A stretch of DNA of 64,000 nucleotides from an uncultured Acidobacteriaceae bacterium. Its GTDB lineage: Bacteria; Acidobacteriota; Terriglobia; Terriglobales; Acidobacteriaceae. Under the pieces are notes generated by a model. That model worked only from the letters and a program-made list of their open reading frames with translations. It did not search any database and was not told where the DNA came from. This document shows positions 32,921-41,773 of the stretch, piece after piece (position 1 is the first letter of the stretch; each line of letters starts with the position of its first letter). Where the stretch lies: contig CAVZUG010000001.1 in NCBI GenBank assembly GCA_963778445.1, forward strand, positions 812,076-876,075, given 5' to 3'. Made by a program: the position numbers and the translations under genes.

Positions 32921-35900
32921 ATGAAATCCCTGCTCAAACCAGTCGTCTATGCGGCTATTCTCTGCGCTTCGGCCGCTGTCCTGCCCGGTCAGGCCATCAA
33001 CTCCGGAGATATCCGCGGCACCGCCACAGACTCGAGCGGCGCCCTGCTCCCAGGCGTCAACGTCGTCGTCACCAACGTAAACACCGGCGTGATCACCAAT
33101 CTGGTCACCAATCGTGACGGTCTCTACGACACCTCTTCCATCGTCCCCGGCACCTACAGCATCAAGTTCTCCAAAGACGGCTTCCAGAGCTTCGAGCGCT
33201 CCGGCGTCACCATCAACGTCGGCTTCTCCACCGTCAACGCCAGCATGAAGGTCGGCTCCGTCTCGCAGGAGGTCGTCGTCTCGACCGACATCCCCCTACT
33301 TACCACCGAGAGCGGCGAACAGTCCACCACCTTTGAAGCCAAGTCCATGGCCCAGCTACCCAACGTCGGCGGCGGAACCGGCCCTGACTGGCAGAACTTC
33401 GTCGTCCTTCTCCCCGGCAGCGCCGGAACTCCGCAGCAATCCAACAGCGCCACCAACCCCGGCCAGGTCGCCGCCATCAACGGCAACCTCCCTTACAACA
33501 ACGTCCTCGCCGATGGCGCCTCCACCACCCTTTCCCACTCTCAGAACTCCGACGTCAACACCTTCGAGACGGTCGCTGAGCTCCAGGTCAACACCTCCGC
33601 CTTCTCCGCCCAGTACGGCATCGGCGGCGTGGTGTTTAACCAGATCAGTAAAGGCGGCACCAACCAGTTCCACGGCTCCGCATACGAGTATTTCCAGAAC
33701 AACGCTCTCAACGCGGCCCAGTACGGCTTCAACAGCAAGCCGACCGTTCCCTTTCTGCGCTACAACGACTTCGGTGGTTCCATCGGCGGCCCCGTTCTCG
33801 TCCCGCACATCTTCAACGGCCGCGACAAGGCCTTCTTCTACTTCAACTATGACCAGATCGTGAGCCACGGCTCCGCCAGCAACTCCACCCAGACTGTCCC
33901 GACCGAGAACGTCAAGGCGGGTGACTTCAGCGGCCAGCATCTCATCTACGACCCCACCACCCAGGTCATCGCGCACGATGCTGCCGGCAACCCCTATCCC
34001 ATCCGCCAGAGCTTCCTGAGTGAGTACGGCACCAACGCTGTCCCCACCGCCCTCTTCGACAAGGTCTCGAGCGCCTTCCAGAAGCTCTACCCCACCCCTG
34101 ACAACCACATCTCCGGCGGCAAGTTCCTCGCCGGCCAGCTCAACGGAGCGGGCCTCTTGCAGAACAACTGGTACTCCAGCCTGCCTCAGTCCACGCCCTA
34201 CCGCCGCTACTTCGGCCGTTTTGACTACAACCTCAACGCCCGCAACCGGATCTCCATGACGGACCAGCAGCGCGATACCCCGGTCCAGTACCCGAATTCG
34301 GTCAGCGCTTGCCCCGTCGGCTGCCAGAGCGGTGACGTCGACAGCAACAACGCCCAGATCACCCTTGTCACCAATCTCTCCACCAATACCATCAACGAGG
34401 CCCGCTTCGGCTACACCTATCAGGGCAACTTCTTCGCCGACAAGACCCTCGGCGCCGGGTACCCCACCCAGCTGGGCTGGCAGTTCGCCAAGGCCGACAG
34501 CCTTCCTGCCGTTCAATTCAACGGCTCCTACCCCTACGCTTGGATCAATCCCAGCTCTAACGCTGTCTACAAAGAGCATGTCTTCGATCCGTCCGACGTC
34601 GTGACGATGATTCATGGCAGGCACGTTCTCCACTTTGGCGGCGAGTTCCTGATCTACCAGGACAACTCCACCGCGTGGGGCAACACCAACGCAGGCACTC
34701 TCCAGTTCAACGGCTCGTATACACGCAACTGGACGGTCAACGCTGCCGGCATTGCGAGCCCGGATACCAGCACAGGTCTCGATTACGCTGACTTCCTGCT
34801 GGGGCAGGCGGATAACTGGTCCGCCCAGGTAAAGCCCGAGTACGGTGCCCGCCTCAAGAGCCCGCAGGTCTTTGTCCAGGACGACTACAAGCTCCGTCCC
34901 AATCTGACCGTCAACATCGGCCTGCGGTACCAGATCCGCCACGGCTGGTCCGAGATCCATGGCAACGAGGCTACCTTCGATCCCACGATCACGAATCCGG
35001 CCAACGGGTCCCTTGGAGCCGAGTGGTACGGAACCACCAAGGCCAACGGAAGGACCTCACTGCAGGAGGACGAGTACAAGACCTTCCTGCCCCGCGTCGG
35101 CTTCTCCTGGCTGCCGCGTCCTTCCGCCACAATCCGGGGCGGCTTCGGTATCTACGCCTACAACCTTTCGCTCGATAACTATGGCGGCGACATGGGAAGC
35201 CTCTTCGCCTCCACCGGCGGGTACGCGGACCAGACCAATGGCATCACCCCGGTCACCACATTCAGCGGCACCGGCATGAATCTGCAAACCGGCAAGCCGC
35301 TGGTCTATACCAGCGCCTCCACGGACCCGGCACGCTTCAATGGGCAGGGAACCAGCTATACCCCCTACCACAACCCCACGCCGCAGATCTACCAGTACAA
35401 CCTCGCCATGCAGAACGCGCTTGGCACTAACATGGTCTTCGAGCTCGCCTATGTCGGCAGCCATGCGCACAATCTCAAGTTCCCCACGGACATCAACGCC
35501 GTTCCGCTCAACCATCTCAGCACCAACAACACCCAGTTCCGTCCCTACAACCTGTTCCAGGGCATCGGCGGTTGGAGCAACGATGCTATTTCCAACTACA
35601 ACTCCCTCCAGGCCTCCGTTCGCCGCCGCCTCAGTCATGGGCTCAGCTTCGACGCCAACTACACCTGGGCGCACTTCACGGACTCGCAGGACTCGTCCGG
35701 TTGGGGCAATCGTTCCGGCAACCAGAACTACCAGTACGCCAACAACGCCCCAGCTAACTACTCCAACTCCAACTTCGACATCCACAATGCCTTCAAGAGC
35801 CGGCTCGTCTATCAGCTGCCGTTCGGCAGGGGCCGCCAGTTCATGAACAAGAGCTTCCTCCTCGACGAAGTCCTTGGCGGCTGGCAGGCTTCCACCACCA

Positions 35901-36364
35901 ACATCTTCCAGAGCGGCAATCCCTTCAGCGTCTCTGTCAACAATGGCGACACCTACCAGCACGCCGGAACGCAGTTCCCCAACTACACCGGCGCGCCCCT
36001 CTACCTCGGAGGCAAGAACCACACCGTATGGTTCAACCCCGCAGCCTTCAGCCTGGTCGCACCTGGCCAGTTTGGAAACGTTCGCCGCAACTCGCTCTAC
36101 GGTCCGGGAGCGGAGTTGGTCAACATCTCTGTCGGAAAGACGTTCGACATCCACGAAGCGGTCAAGCTCCAGATCCGTGCTGATGCCGCGAACGCCTTCA
36201 ACCACGCCAACTTCGGCCTTCCCGGCGGCGGCATCTACGGCCTCACCGCCTACAGCGGTCAACAGCCTGGACAGGCATACCGCGTCAACGAAAACACAAA
36301 CCAGATCACCGGCACCACCAACGGCGGGCGTTCTTTACAACTCGCCGCCCACCTGGACTTCTAA
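32921..36364 (+). CDS. TonB-dependent receptor (Oar-like, N-terminal carboxypeptidase-regulatory-like domain)
   Basis: Signal peptide, GDIRGTATDSSGA, KGGTNQFHGSAYEY, FVQDDYKL..NIGLRY, C-terminal ..QLAAHLDF. Confidence 0.93.
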   Translation: MKSLLKPVVYAAILCASAAVLPGQAINSGDIRGTATDSSGALLPGVNVVVTNVNTGVITNLVTNRDGLYDTSSIVPGTYSIKFSKDGFQSFERSGVTINVGFSTVNASMKVGSVSQEVVVSTDIPLLTTESGEQSTTFEAKSMAQLPNVGGGTGPDWQNFVVLLPGSAGTPQQSNSATNPGQVAAINGNLPYNNVLADGASTTLSHSQNSDVNTFETVAELQVNTSAFSAQYGIGGVVFNQISKGGTNQFHGSAYEYFQNNALNAAQYGFNSKPTVPFLRYNDFGGSIGGPVLVPHIFNGRDKAFFYFNYDQIVSHGSASNSTQTVPTENVKAGDFSGQHLIYDPTTQVIAHDAAGNPYPIRQSFLSEYGTNAVPTALFDKVSSAFQKLYPTPDNHISGGKFLAGQLNGAGLLQNNWYSSLPQSTPYRRYFGRFDYNLNARNRISMTDQQRDTPVQYPNSVSACPVGCQSGDVDSNNAQITLVTNLSTNTINEARFGYTYQGNFFADKTLGAGYPTQLGWQFAKADSLPAVQFNGSYPYAWINPSSNAVYKEHVFDPSDVVTMIHGRHVLHFGGEFLIYQDNSTAWGNTNAGTLQFNGSYTRNWTVNAAGIASPDTSTGLDYADFLLGQADNWSAQVKPEYGARLKSPQVFVQDDYKLRPNLTVNIGLRYQIRHGWSEIHGNEATFDPTITNPANGSLGAEWYGTTKANGRTSLQEDEYKTFLPRVGFSWLPRPSATIRGGFGIYAYNLSLDNYGGDMGSLFASTGGYADQTNGITPVTTFSGTGMNLQTGKPLVYTSASTDPARFNGQGTSYTPYHNPTPQIYQYNLAMQNALGTNMVFELAYVGSHAHNLKFPTDINAVPLNHLSTNNTQFRPYNLFQGIGGWSNDAISNYNSLQASVRRRLSHGLSFDANYTWAHFTDSQDSSGWGNRSGNQNYQYANNAPANYSNSNFDIHNAFKSRLVYQLPFGRGRQFMNKSFLLDEVLGGWQASTTNIFQSGNPFSVSVNNGDTYQHAGTQFPNYTGAPLYLGGKNHTVWFNPAAFSLVAPGQFGNVRRNSLYGPGAELVNISVGKTFDIHEAVKLQIRADAANAFNHANFGLPGGGIYGLTAYSGQQPGQAYRVNENTNQITGTTNGGRSLQLAAHLDF

Positions 36365-36382
36365 CCTTGTCACCCCACAGGT

Positions 36383-36410
36383 GGAATCGGCGGCCTCGGC
36401 CGCCGATTCC
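36383..36410 (+). terminator. Strong hairpin after TonB receptor (terminator or mRNA stabiliser)
   Basis: GGAATCGGCGGCC-TC-GGCCGCCGATTCC perfect 13-bp arms; weak U tail. Confidence 0.6.
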
Positions 36411-36476
36411 GCTCTTCCACATCACCCTGTCAAGAGCCCGCAGCCCACAAGTTGCTCATGAGAAACATCATTCTCC

Positions 36477-36633
36477 TGGCATAGCGCACCCCCTCCACCA
36501 GGTATCCTGAACACAGTCACCAGAAAAGGCCCGACGCCCCTTCCGATCGGCGACACTGCGCACATACAAGTCCGGACCTAACTCCCCTACTTCGAAGACT
36601 TTGCGCAACTTTGGAGGGGAGGGGAGGGTACCT
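36477..36633 (+). repeat. Dispersed element copy D (single 28-bp motif)
   Basis: TGGCATA..TATCCT (36503-36508)..GTCCGGACCTAActcccctacTTCGAAGACTTTGCGCAA..GGGGAGGGGAGGGTACC; GTCAAG 42 nt upstream, as in copy B (43 nt). Confidence 0.8.
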
Positions 36634-36692
36634 CGCCCAAAGCTGCCGGACCGACGAGATGTCTTAGCCGAACCTCCTCGCCAGGCACTATC

Positions 36693-37880
36693 ATGAAGCC
36701 TGAAATGTCTTTCCTCCGCACTCTCAGACCGGGGCTCCTGTGCCTCTGCAGCTTGCTCCCGGCTCAGCTCAGTGCCCAGTCCCCCAACGCTGCGGGGCAC
36801 CTCGAAAAAGCTCACCAGTACCTCCAGTCCCGACAGCCTGACCTCGCCCGCGCCGAGTTCGCTGCCGCCGTCGCCATCGACCCCGCCAACCTTGACGCCC
36901 AGGCTAACCTCGGCGTCTTGCTCTACTTCGCCGGCGACATCCGCGCGGCCGAACCCCACCTCCGCTCGGCCCTCGCGCTCGATCCCTCGCAAGCCAAACT
37001 GCAGGCCCTCCTCGGCTTCTCCGAGCGCCGCGACGGCAATCTCTCCGCCGCCCGCTCCGATCTCCAGGCCGCACTCCCCCACCTCACCGAGGACAACGTC
37101 CGCAAACAGGCCGGCCTCGAGCTGGTCGAGCTCCAGACCGCAGCCAACGACCTCCCCGCCGCCTCCGCCACGGTCAACATCCTCAAAGCCCTTCTCCCCA
37201 CTGACCCCGAGGTCCTCTACGCCGCCTACCGGACCTTCACCGACCTTGCCGGCGAATCTCTCCTCGATCTCTCCCTCACCCACCCTGCTTCCCCCCAGAT
37301 GCACCAGGCCATCGCCCACGAGCTCGTCAAGGCGCGCGACAACACCGCCGCCCTCGCCAATCTCCGCGAGGCCCTGGCGGCCGATCCCCATCTCCCCGGT
37401 GCTCACTTTGAGCTCGCCGAACTCCTCGCCGCCTCCTCCGCACCCGACCTCAAAGCCGAGGCACCCAAGCAATACCTGGCCGCCCTAGCCGATAACCCGC
37501 GCGACGACAAAGCCCTCACCCGTCTTGGCGACCTCGGGGCCGCCTCCGCGGACCACCCCGCCGCCATCGCCCGCTACCGCGAGGCCCTCGCTCTGCAGCC
37601 CGACAGCGTCGACGCCGCCATCGGGCTCGCGCATGAGCTCGTCGAAACCAATCAGCCCGAAGCCGCGCTCCCCCTGCTCCTGGCGGCCATCAAGTCCGAC
37701 CCCTCCAACCTCCTAGCCCACTTCCGCCTCGCCGCCCTATACCGCCGCCTCCACCGCCCCGAAGACGCCAAACGCGAGGTTGCCGAGTACGAACGTCTTA
37801 AGGCCACCCGCGAGAAGCTCCGCGGCGTGTACGCTGCCCTTCGCGCCAACTCCCCACTCCCAGATGAAGCCCGCAAGTAG
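36693..37880 (+). CDS. Secreted tetratricopeptide repeat protein (start possibly 36705)
   Basis: Signal peptide; repeated TPR helices (AQANLGVLLY, AHFELAELL, AHFRLAALYRRL). Confidence 0.88.
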   Translation: MKPEMSFLRTLRPGLLCLCSLLPAQLSAQSPNAAGHLEKAHQYLQSRQPDLARAEFAAAVAIDPANLDAQANLGVLLYFAGDIRAAEPHLRSALALDPSQAKLQALLGFSERRDGNLSAARSDLQAALPHLTEDNVRKQAGLELVELQTAANDLPAASATVNILKALLPTDPEVLYAAYRTFTDLAGESLLDLSLTHPASPQMHQAIAHELVKARDNTAALANLREALAADPHLPGAHFELAELLAASSAPDLKAEAPKQYLAALADNPRDDKALTRLGDLGAASADHPAAIARYREALALQPDSVDAAIGLAHELVETNQPEAALPLLLAAIKSDPSNLLAHFRLAALYRRLHRPEDAKREVAEYERLKATREKLRGVYAALRANSPLPDEARK

Positions 37881-39555
37881 CCTCGCCGCACTTCTCCTCA
37901 TGCTGTCCGGTGCGGCCGTCGCACAAAAATTCCCCCAGCTCGTCGACATCACCTCCTCCACCGGCATCCACTTCAACCATCTCGCCAGCCCTGAACAGAA
38001 GTTCATCGTCGAATCTATGTCCGGAGGCGTCGCCCTCATCGACTTCGATAACGATGGCTGGCTGGATATCTATTTCACCAACGCCCCTAGCGTCAGCATG
38101 GCCCAGAGCGGCGGCCCGCCAGGCCAGAAGGCCCACGGCGCCCTTTACCACAACAACCACGACGGCACCTTCACAGACGTCAGCCAGAAAGCCGGAATCG
38201 CCGCGCCCTGCTGGGCGATGGGCGTCGCCGTTGGCGACATTGACAACGATGGCTGGCCCGACCTCGCGGTCTCATGCTTCGGTGGAGTCGTCCTTTACCG
38301 CAACAACCATGACGGCACCTTCACGGACGTCAGCAAGTCCTCCGGTCTAGCCGCCGACAAAGGATGGGCCACCGGACTTGCCTTCGGCGACTACGATGGC
38401 GACGGCTACGCCGATCTCTTCGTTCCCCACTACGTCGCACTCGATCTCCAACACCTCCCCACCTTCGGTTCGGAAAAGACCTGCACATACCACGAAGTCC
38501 AGGTGCAGTGCGGCCCCCGCGGCCTCAAGGGCTCACCCGATGCCCTCTACCACAACAACCACGACGGCACCTTCACCGAGGTGAGCCGCGCCTCCGGCGT
38601 CAACGATCCCCAGGGCTTCTTCGGCCTGCAGGCAGTCTGGTCAGACTTGGACGGCGACGGCAAGCTCGATCTCTTCGTCGCGAACGACGGCGAACCGAAC
38701 TTCCTGTATCACAACGAAGGCAATGGTCACTTCAAAGAGATCGCTAATGACGCGGGAGTCGCCCTCAGCGAGAACGGAGAGGAACAGGCCAACATGGGCG
38801 TCGCGCTCGGCGACTATAACCGCACCGGACGCCAGAGCATCGCCATTTCACACTTCAGCGAGGACTATGCCATTCTCTACCGCAACGACGGCGGGCTTAG
38901 CTTCACCGATGTCGCCCACGCCGCGAAGATCGCCTCCTCCACCCTGACCTACGTCGGCTGGGGCGACGCCTTCCTCGACACCGCCAACCGTGGTTTGCTC
39001 GATCTCATCCTCGTCAACGGCCACGTGTACCCGCAGGTCGACAACGCCAAACTTGGAACCAGCTACAAAGAACCCAAACTTCTCTTCTGGAACAACGGCG
39101 ACGGCACCTTCACCGACGTCAGCAAACAAGCCGGCCCCGCGCTCGCCATCCCTCAGGTCAGCCGTGGCTTGGCCGTCGGCGATCTCTTCAACACCGGCGC
39201 CCTGAACGTTGTCATCGAAAACCTTACTGGAGAGCCGATGATCCTGCAGACTCGGCCTGACCCCGCCAACCACTGGATCAGTTTTCAGCTTGAGGGCGAC
39301 CCCTCCAACCGCCTCGCGCTCAACGCCCGAGTTTTCGTCCGCACCGGTACCATCACGCAGTCCGCCGAGGTCCTCAGTGGCGGCAGCTATCTCTCGCAAA
39401 GCGACCTCCGCCTCCACTTCGGCCTGGCCGCCGCCACCCAGATCGACGAGGTCCGCATTTTGTGGCCCGACGGCAGGCAGCAAACCTTCCCCAACCTTCC
39501 CGCAAACCGGTTTTACCGCGTCAAGGAAGGCGCCGCTCCCACCACCCAGAGGTGA
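37864..39555 (+). CDS. CRTAC1 / ASPIC-UnbV protein with FG-GAP repeats
   Basis: Repeated DxDNDGWxD and LYHNNHDGTF motifs; C-terminal GGSYLSQSDLRLHFGL..WPDG. Confidence 0.92.
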   Translation: MKPASSLAALLLMLSGAAVAQKFPQLVDITSSTGIHFNHLASPEQKFIVESMSGGVALIDFDNDGWLDIYFTNAPSVSMAQSGGPPGQKAHGALYHNNHDGTFTDVSQKAGIAAPCWAMGVAVGDIDNDGWPDLAVSCFGGVVLYRNNHDGTFTDVSKSSGLAADKGWATGLAFGDYDGDGYADLFVPHYVALDLQHLPTFGSEKTCTYHEVQVQCGPRGLKGSPDALYHNNHDGTFTEVSRASGVNDPQGFFGLQAVWSDLDGDGKLDLFVANDGEPNFLYHNEGNGHFKEIANDAGVALSENGEEQANMGVALGDYNRTGRQSIAISHFSEDYAILYRNDGGLSFTDVAHAAKIASSTLTYVGWGDAFLDTANRGLLDLILVNGHVYPQVDNAKLGTSYKEPKLLFWNNGDGTFTDVSKQAGPALAIPQVSRGLAVGDLFNTGALNVVIENLTGEPMILQTRPDPANHWISFQLEGDPSNRLALNARVFVRTGTITQSAEVLSGGSYLSQSDLRLHFGLAAATQIDEVRILWPDGRQQTFPNLPANRFYRVKEGAAPTTQR

Positions 39556-39601
39556 TGGGCGGTGGCGCAGGAGCTCGGCTCAGTCTAAACAGAAAACTTG
39601 C

Positions 39602-39617
39602 AAGCAAACGTTTGTCT
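39602..39617. promoter_or_regulatory. Putative LacI operator overlapping the -35 of the GH55 promoter
   Basis: AAGCAAACGTTTGTCT; TTGTCT-17 nt-TACCCT-6 nt-ATG. Confidence 0.7.
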
Positions 39618-39646
39618 GGAACTTCACAAAGCACTACCCTCTCCTC

Positions 39647-41350
39647 ATGCTCCTCCGCACCCTCTTAGCCACATTCTTCCTTCCGGCCCTTGCCGCCGCC
39701 CAGCCTGACTTCGGCCCCAACGTCTTCCTTCTGAATCCCAAACTTTCCACCGCGCAGATGCAGGCCACCATCGACGGCATCTACGCGCAGCAACAGCACA
39801 GCGAGTTCGGCCCCGGCCGCTACGCCTTTCTCCTTATGCCCGGCGAGTACAAACTGGATATTCCGATCGGTTTTTACACCGAGGTGGCCGGCCTCGGCGC
39901 TAGCCCCAATGACACTCACGTTACCGGTAATGTCCACGTCGATGCTGCTTCAAGCAAGAACAACGCCACCACTACTTTCTGGCGCGCGGCCGAAAGTTTC
40001 TCCGTCAGCCCGACCGACAACGGCACCCTCCGCTGGGCCACCTCGCAGGCCGTCTCGTTTCGCCGCATGCACGTCCTCGGCAACATGGTTCTGCACCAGA
40101 AGGGCTGGGCCAGTGGCGGTTGGATCTCCGACTCATTGATCGACGGCAACGTCGACTCGGGTCCGCAGCAGCAGTGGATCTCCCGTAACGCCGAGTGGAA
40201 GAGCTGGACCGGCTCGAATTGGAACATGGTCTTCCTGGGCGTTCAGAATCCACCGTCCGGGGAGTGGCCAAAACCCGCGTACACGAAGATCGGCGCCACC
40301 CCCGTCATCCGGGAGAAGCCCTTCCTTATCTCGAACTCCGGAGGCAAACTCAGTGTGCGCGTCCCCGCCCTTGCACACAACACGTCCGGAATCACTTGGC
40401 GTGGCGGCAGCACCCCCGGGCACGACATCCCTCTTACCCGCTTCTACATCGCGCACCCGGTCAGAGACTCCTCGATCACTATCAATGCGGCGCTCGCCGC
40501 CGGCAAGCACCTTCTGCTCACACCGGGCACCTATGACCTCGACCAGCCCCTTCGCGTGACGCACAAGGACACCGTCATCCTCGGCCTCGGCTACGCAACC
40601 CTCCACCCCACTCACGGCAATGCTGCCCTCACGCTCGCGGATGCCGACGGCATCATCGTCGCTGGCCTCCTCTTCGACGCCGGTGAGATGGAGTCTCCAG
40701 TTCTCCTGCAGGTCGGCGACCACACCTCCGCCACCCGCCACCTCACCGATCCTATCTCCCTCCACGATATTTTCTTTCGCGTCGGCGGTGCCGCCGTCGG
40801 CAAAACTCTCGCGAACCTAACGATCAACTCCAATGACGTCATCGTCGACCACACCTGGATCTGGCGGGCCGACCACGGCGCGGGGGTGGGCTGGACCTCG
40901 AATACCAGCGATAACGGCCTAATCGTTAATGGCAGCGACGCCACAATCTATGGCCTTTTTGTCGAGCATCACCAGCAGTATCAGGTGCTTTGGAAGGGCG
41001 AGCGCGGACGCACCTACTTTTACCAGTCCGAGATCCCCTACGACCCGCCTACCCAGGCCGCCTGGACGGATCGCCAAGCCCACACCAACGGGTACGCGTC
41101 GTACAAGGTAGCCGACTCGGTCCAGACCCACCAGGCCTTCGGCCTGGGCATCTATAGTGTCTTCCGCCACCCCGACGTGATCCTTAGCCAGGCCATCGCC
41201 GCCCCCGAGCGCCCGACCGTTCAGTTCGAGCATATGGTCACCGTTGCGCTCGACAACCTCGGCCAGATCACGCACATCATTAACGATATCGGCGCAGCTG
41301 CCACCACCCATCACCCCCGAGTCGATCCCCGCCTCACCCAGTACCCATAG
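39647..41350 (+). CDS. Bacterial GH55-type exo-beta-1,3-glucanase
   Basis: DFGPNV, EFGPGRYAFL, GFYTEVAGLG, NATTTFWR, WATSQA, WASGG, QQQW, WIWRADHG, YGLFVEH, YQSEIPYD: pattern of actinobacterial GH55 laminarinases. Confidence 0.8.
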   Translation: MLLRTLLATFFLPALAAAQPDFGPNVFLLNPKLSTAQMQATIDGIYAQQQHSEFGPGRYAFLLMPGEYKLDIPIGFYTEVAGLGASPNDTHVTGNVHVDAASSKNNATTTFWRAAESFSVSPTDNGTLRWATSQAVSFRRMHVLGNMVLHQKGWASGGWISDSLIDGNVDSGPQQQWISRNAEWKSWTGSNWNMVFLGVQNPPSGEWPKPAYTKIGATPVIREKPFLISNSGGKLSVRVPALAHNTSGITWRGGSTPGHDIPLTRFYIAHPVRDSSITINAALAAGKHLLLTPGTYDLDQPLRVTHKDTVILGLGYATLHPTHGNAALTLADADGIIVAGLLFDAGEMESPVLLQVGDHTSATRHLTDPISLHDIFFRVGGAAVGKTLANLTINSNDVIVDHTWIWRADHGAGVGWTSNTSDNGLIVNGSDATIYGLFVEHHQQYQVLWKGERGRTYFYQSEIPYDPPTQAAWTDRQAHTNGYASYKVADSVQTHQAFGLGIYSVFRHPDVILSQAIAAPERPTVQFEHMVTVALDNLGQITHIINDIGAAATTHHPRVDPRLTQYP

Positions 41351-41773
41351 AGATCAAAAGCAGCGGCTCGCACATTTACATCCGTCGCCTCGGGCTAGCA
41401 TCGCTTCACCGTGCTTAACGATCTCTAGGCCTCGCTCCTGAGACTTTCGGCAGACGACTTAAAGTACCGGCGCCGTTGGTGGAGACCGCATGATGCTCCG
41501 TCGTACCTTTGAGAGCAGAGTGCTGGTTCAGCGGCCCGGTGATGAACCCCAGGTCCTGAGCCTGAGCCCGACGAGGTGCTAGTTGCCCTGGTCATTCCAT
41601 GCTTGTAGTCGACCATCAGGACATTCTGAGCGGAGGTGTCGGTTTACTCGCCTCTTGACGGAAGACCACAGCAAGGACTTCCATGGAGGTAAGGTGAAGT
41701 GGCCACGGCTTGACCGGTATGGAAGGTCATAAAGCCTGCCTTACCTTTGTGCTTTCTGAGGGAGTAGGGACTG

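Noticed and set aside
33356-36262. Long antisense ORFs (534 aa and 401 aa) and many similar shadow ORFs
   Set aside because: They mirror real genes in high-GC DNA with biased codon usage and have no recognisable motifs.
36617-36628. GGGGAGGG (KOPS-like) in element copies C and D
   Set aside because: It is absent from copies A and B, lies on the C-rich strand, and is easily produced by a G-tract. Not enough to call FtsK-orienting sites.
41351-41773. Possible ncRNA or small ORF between GH55 and GH127
   Set aside because: No recognisable RNA motif or convincing ORF. More likely a junction between two acquired loci.
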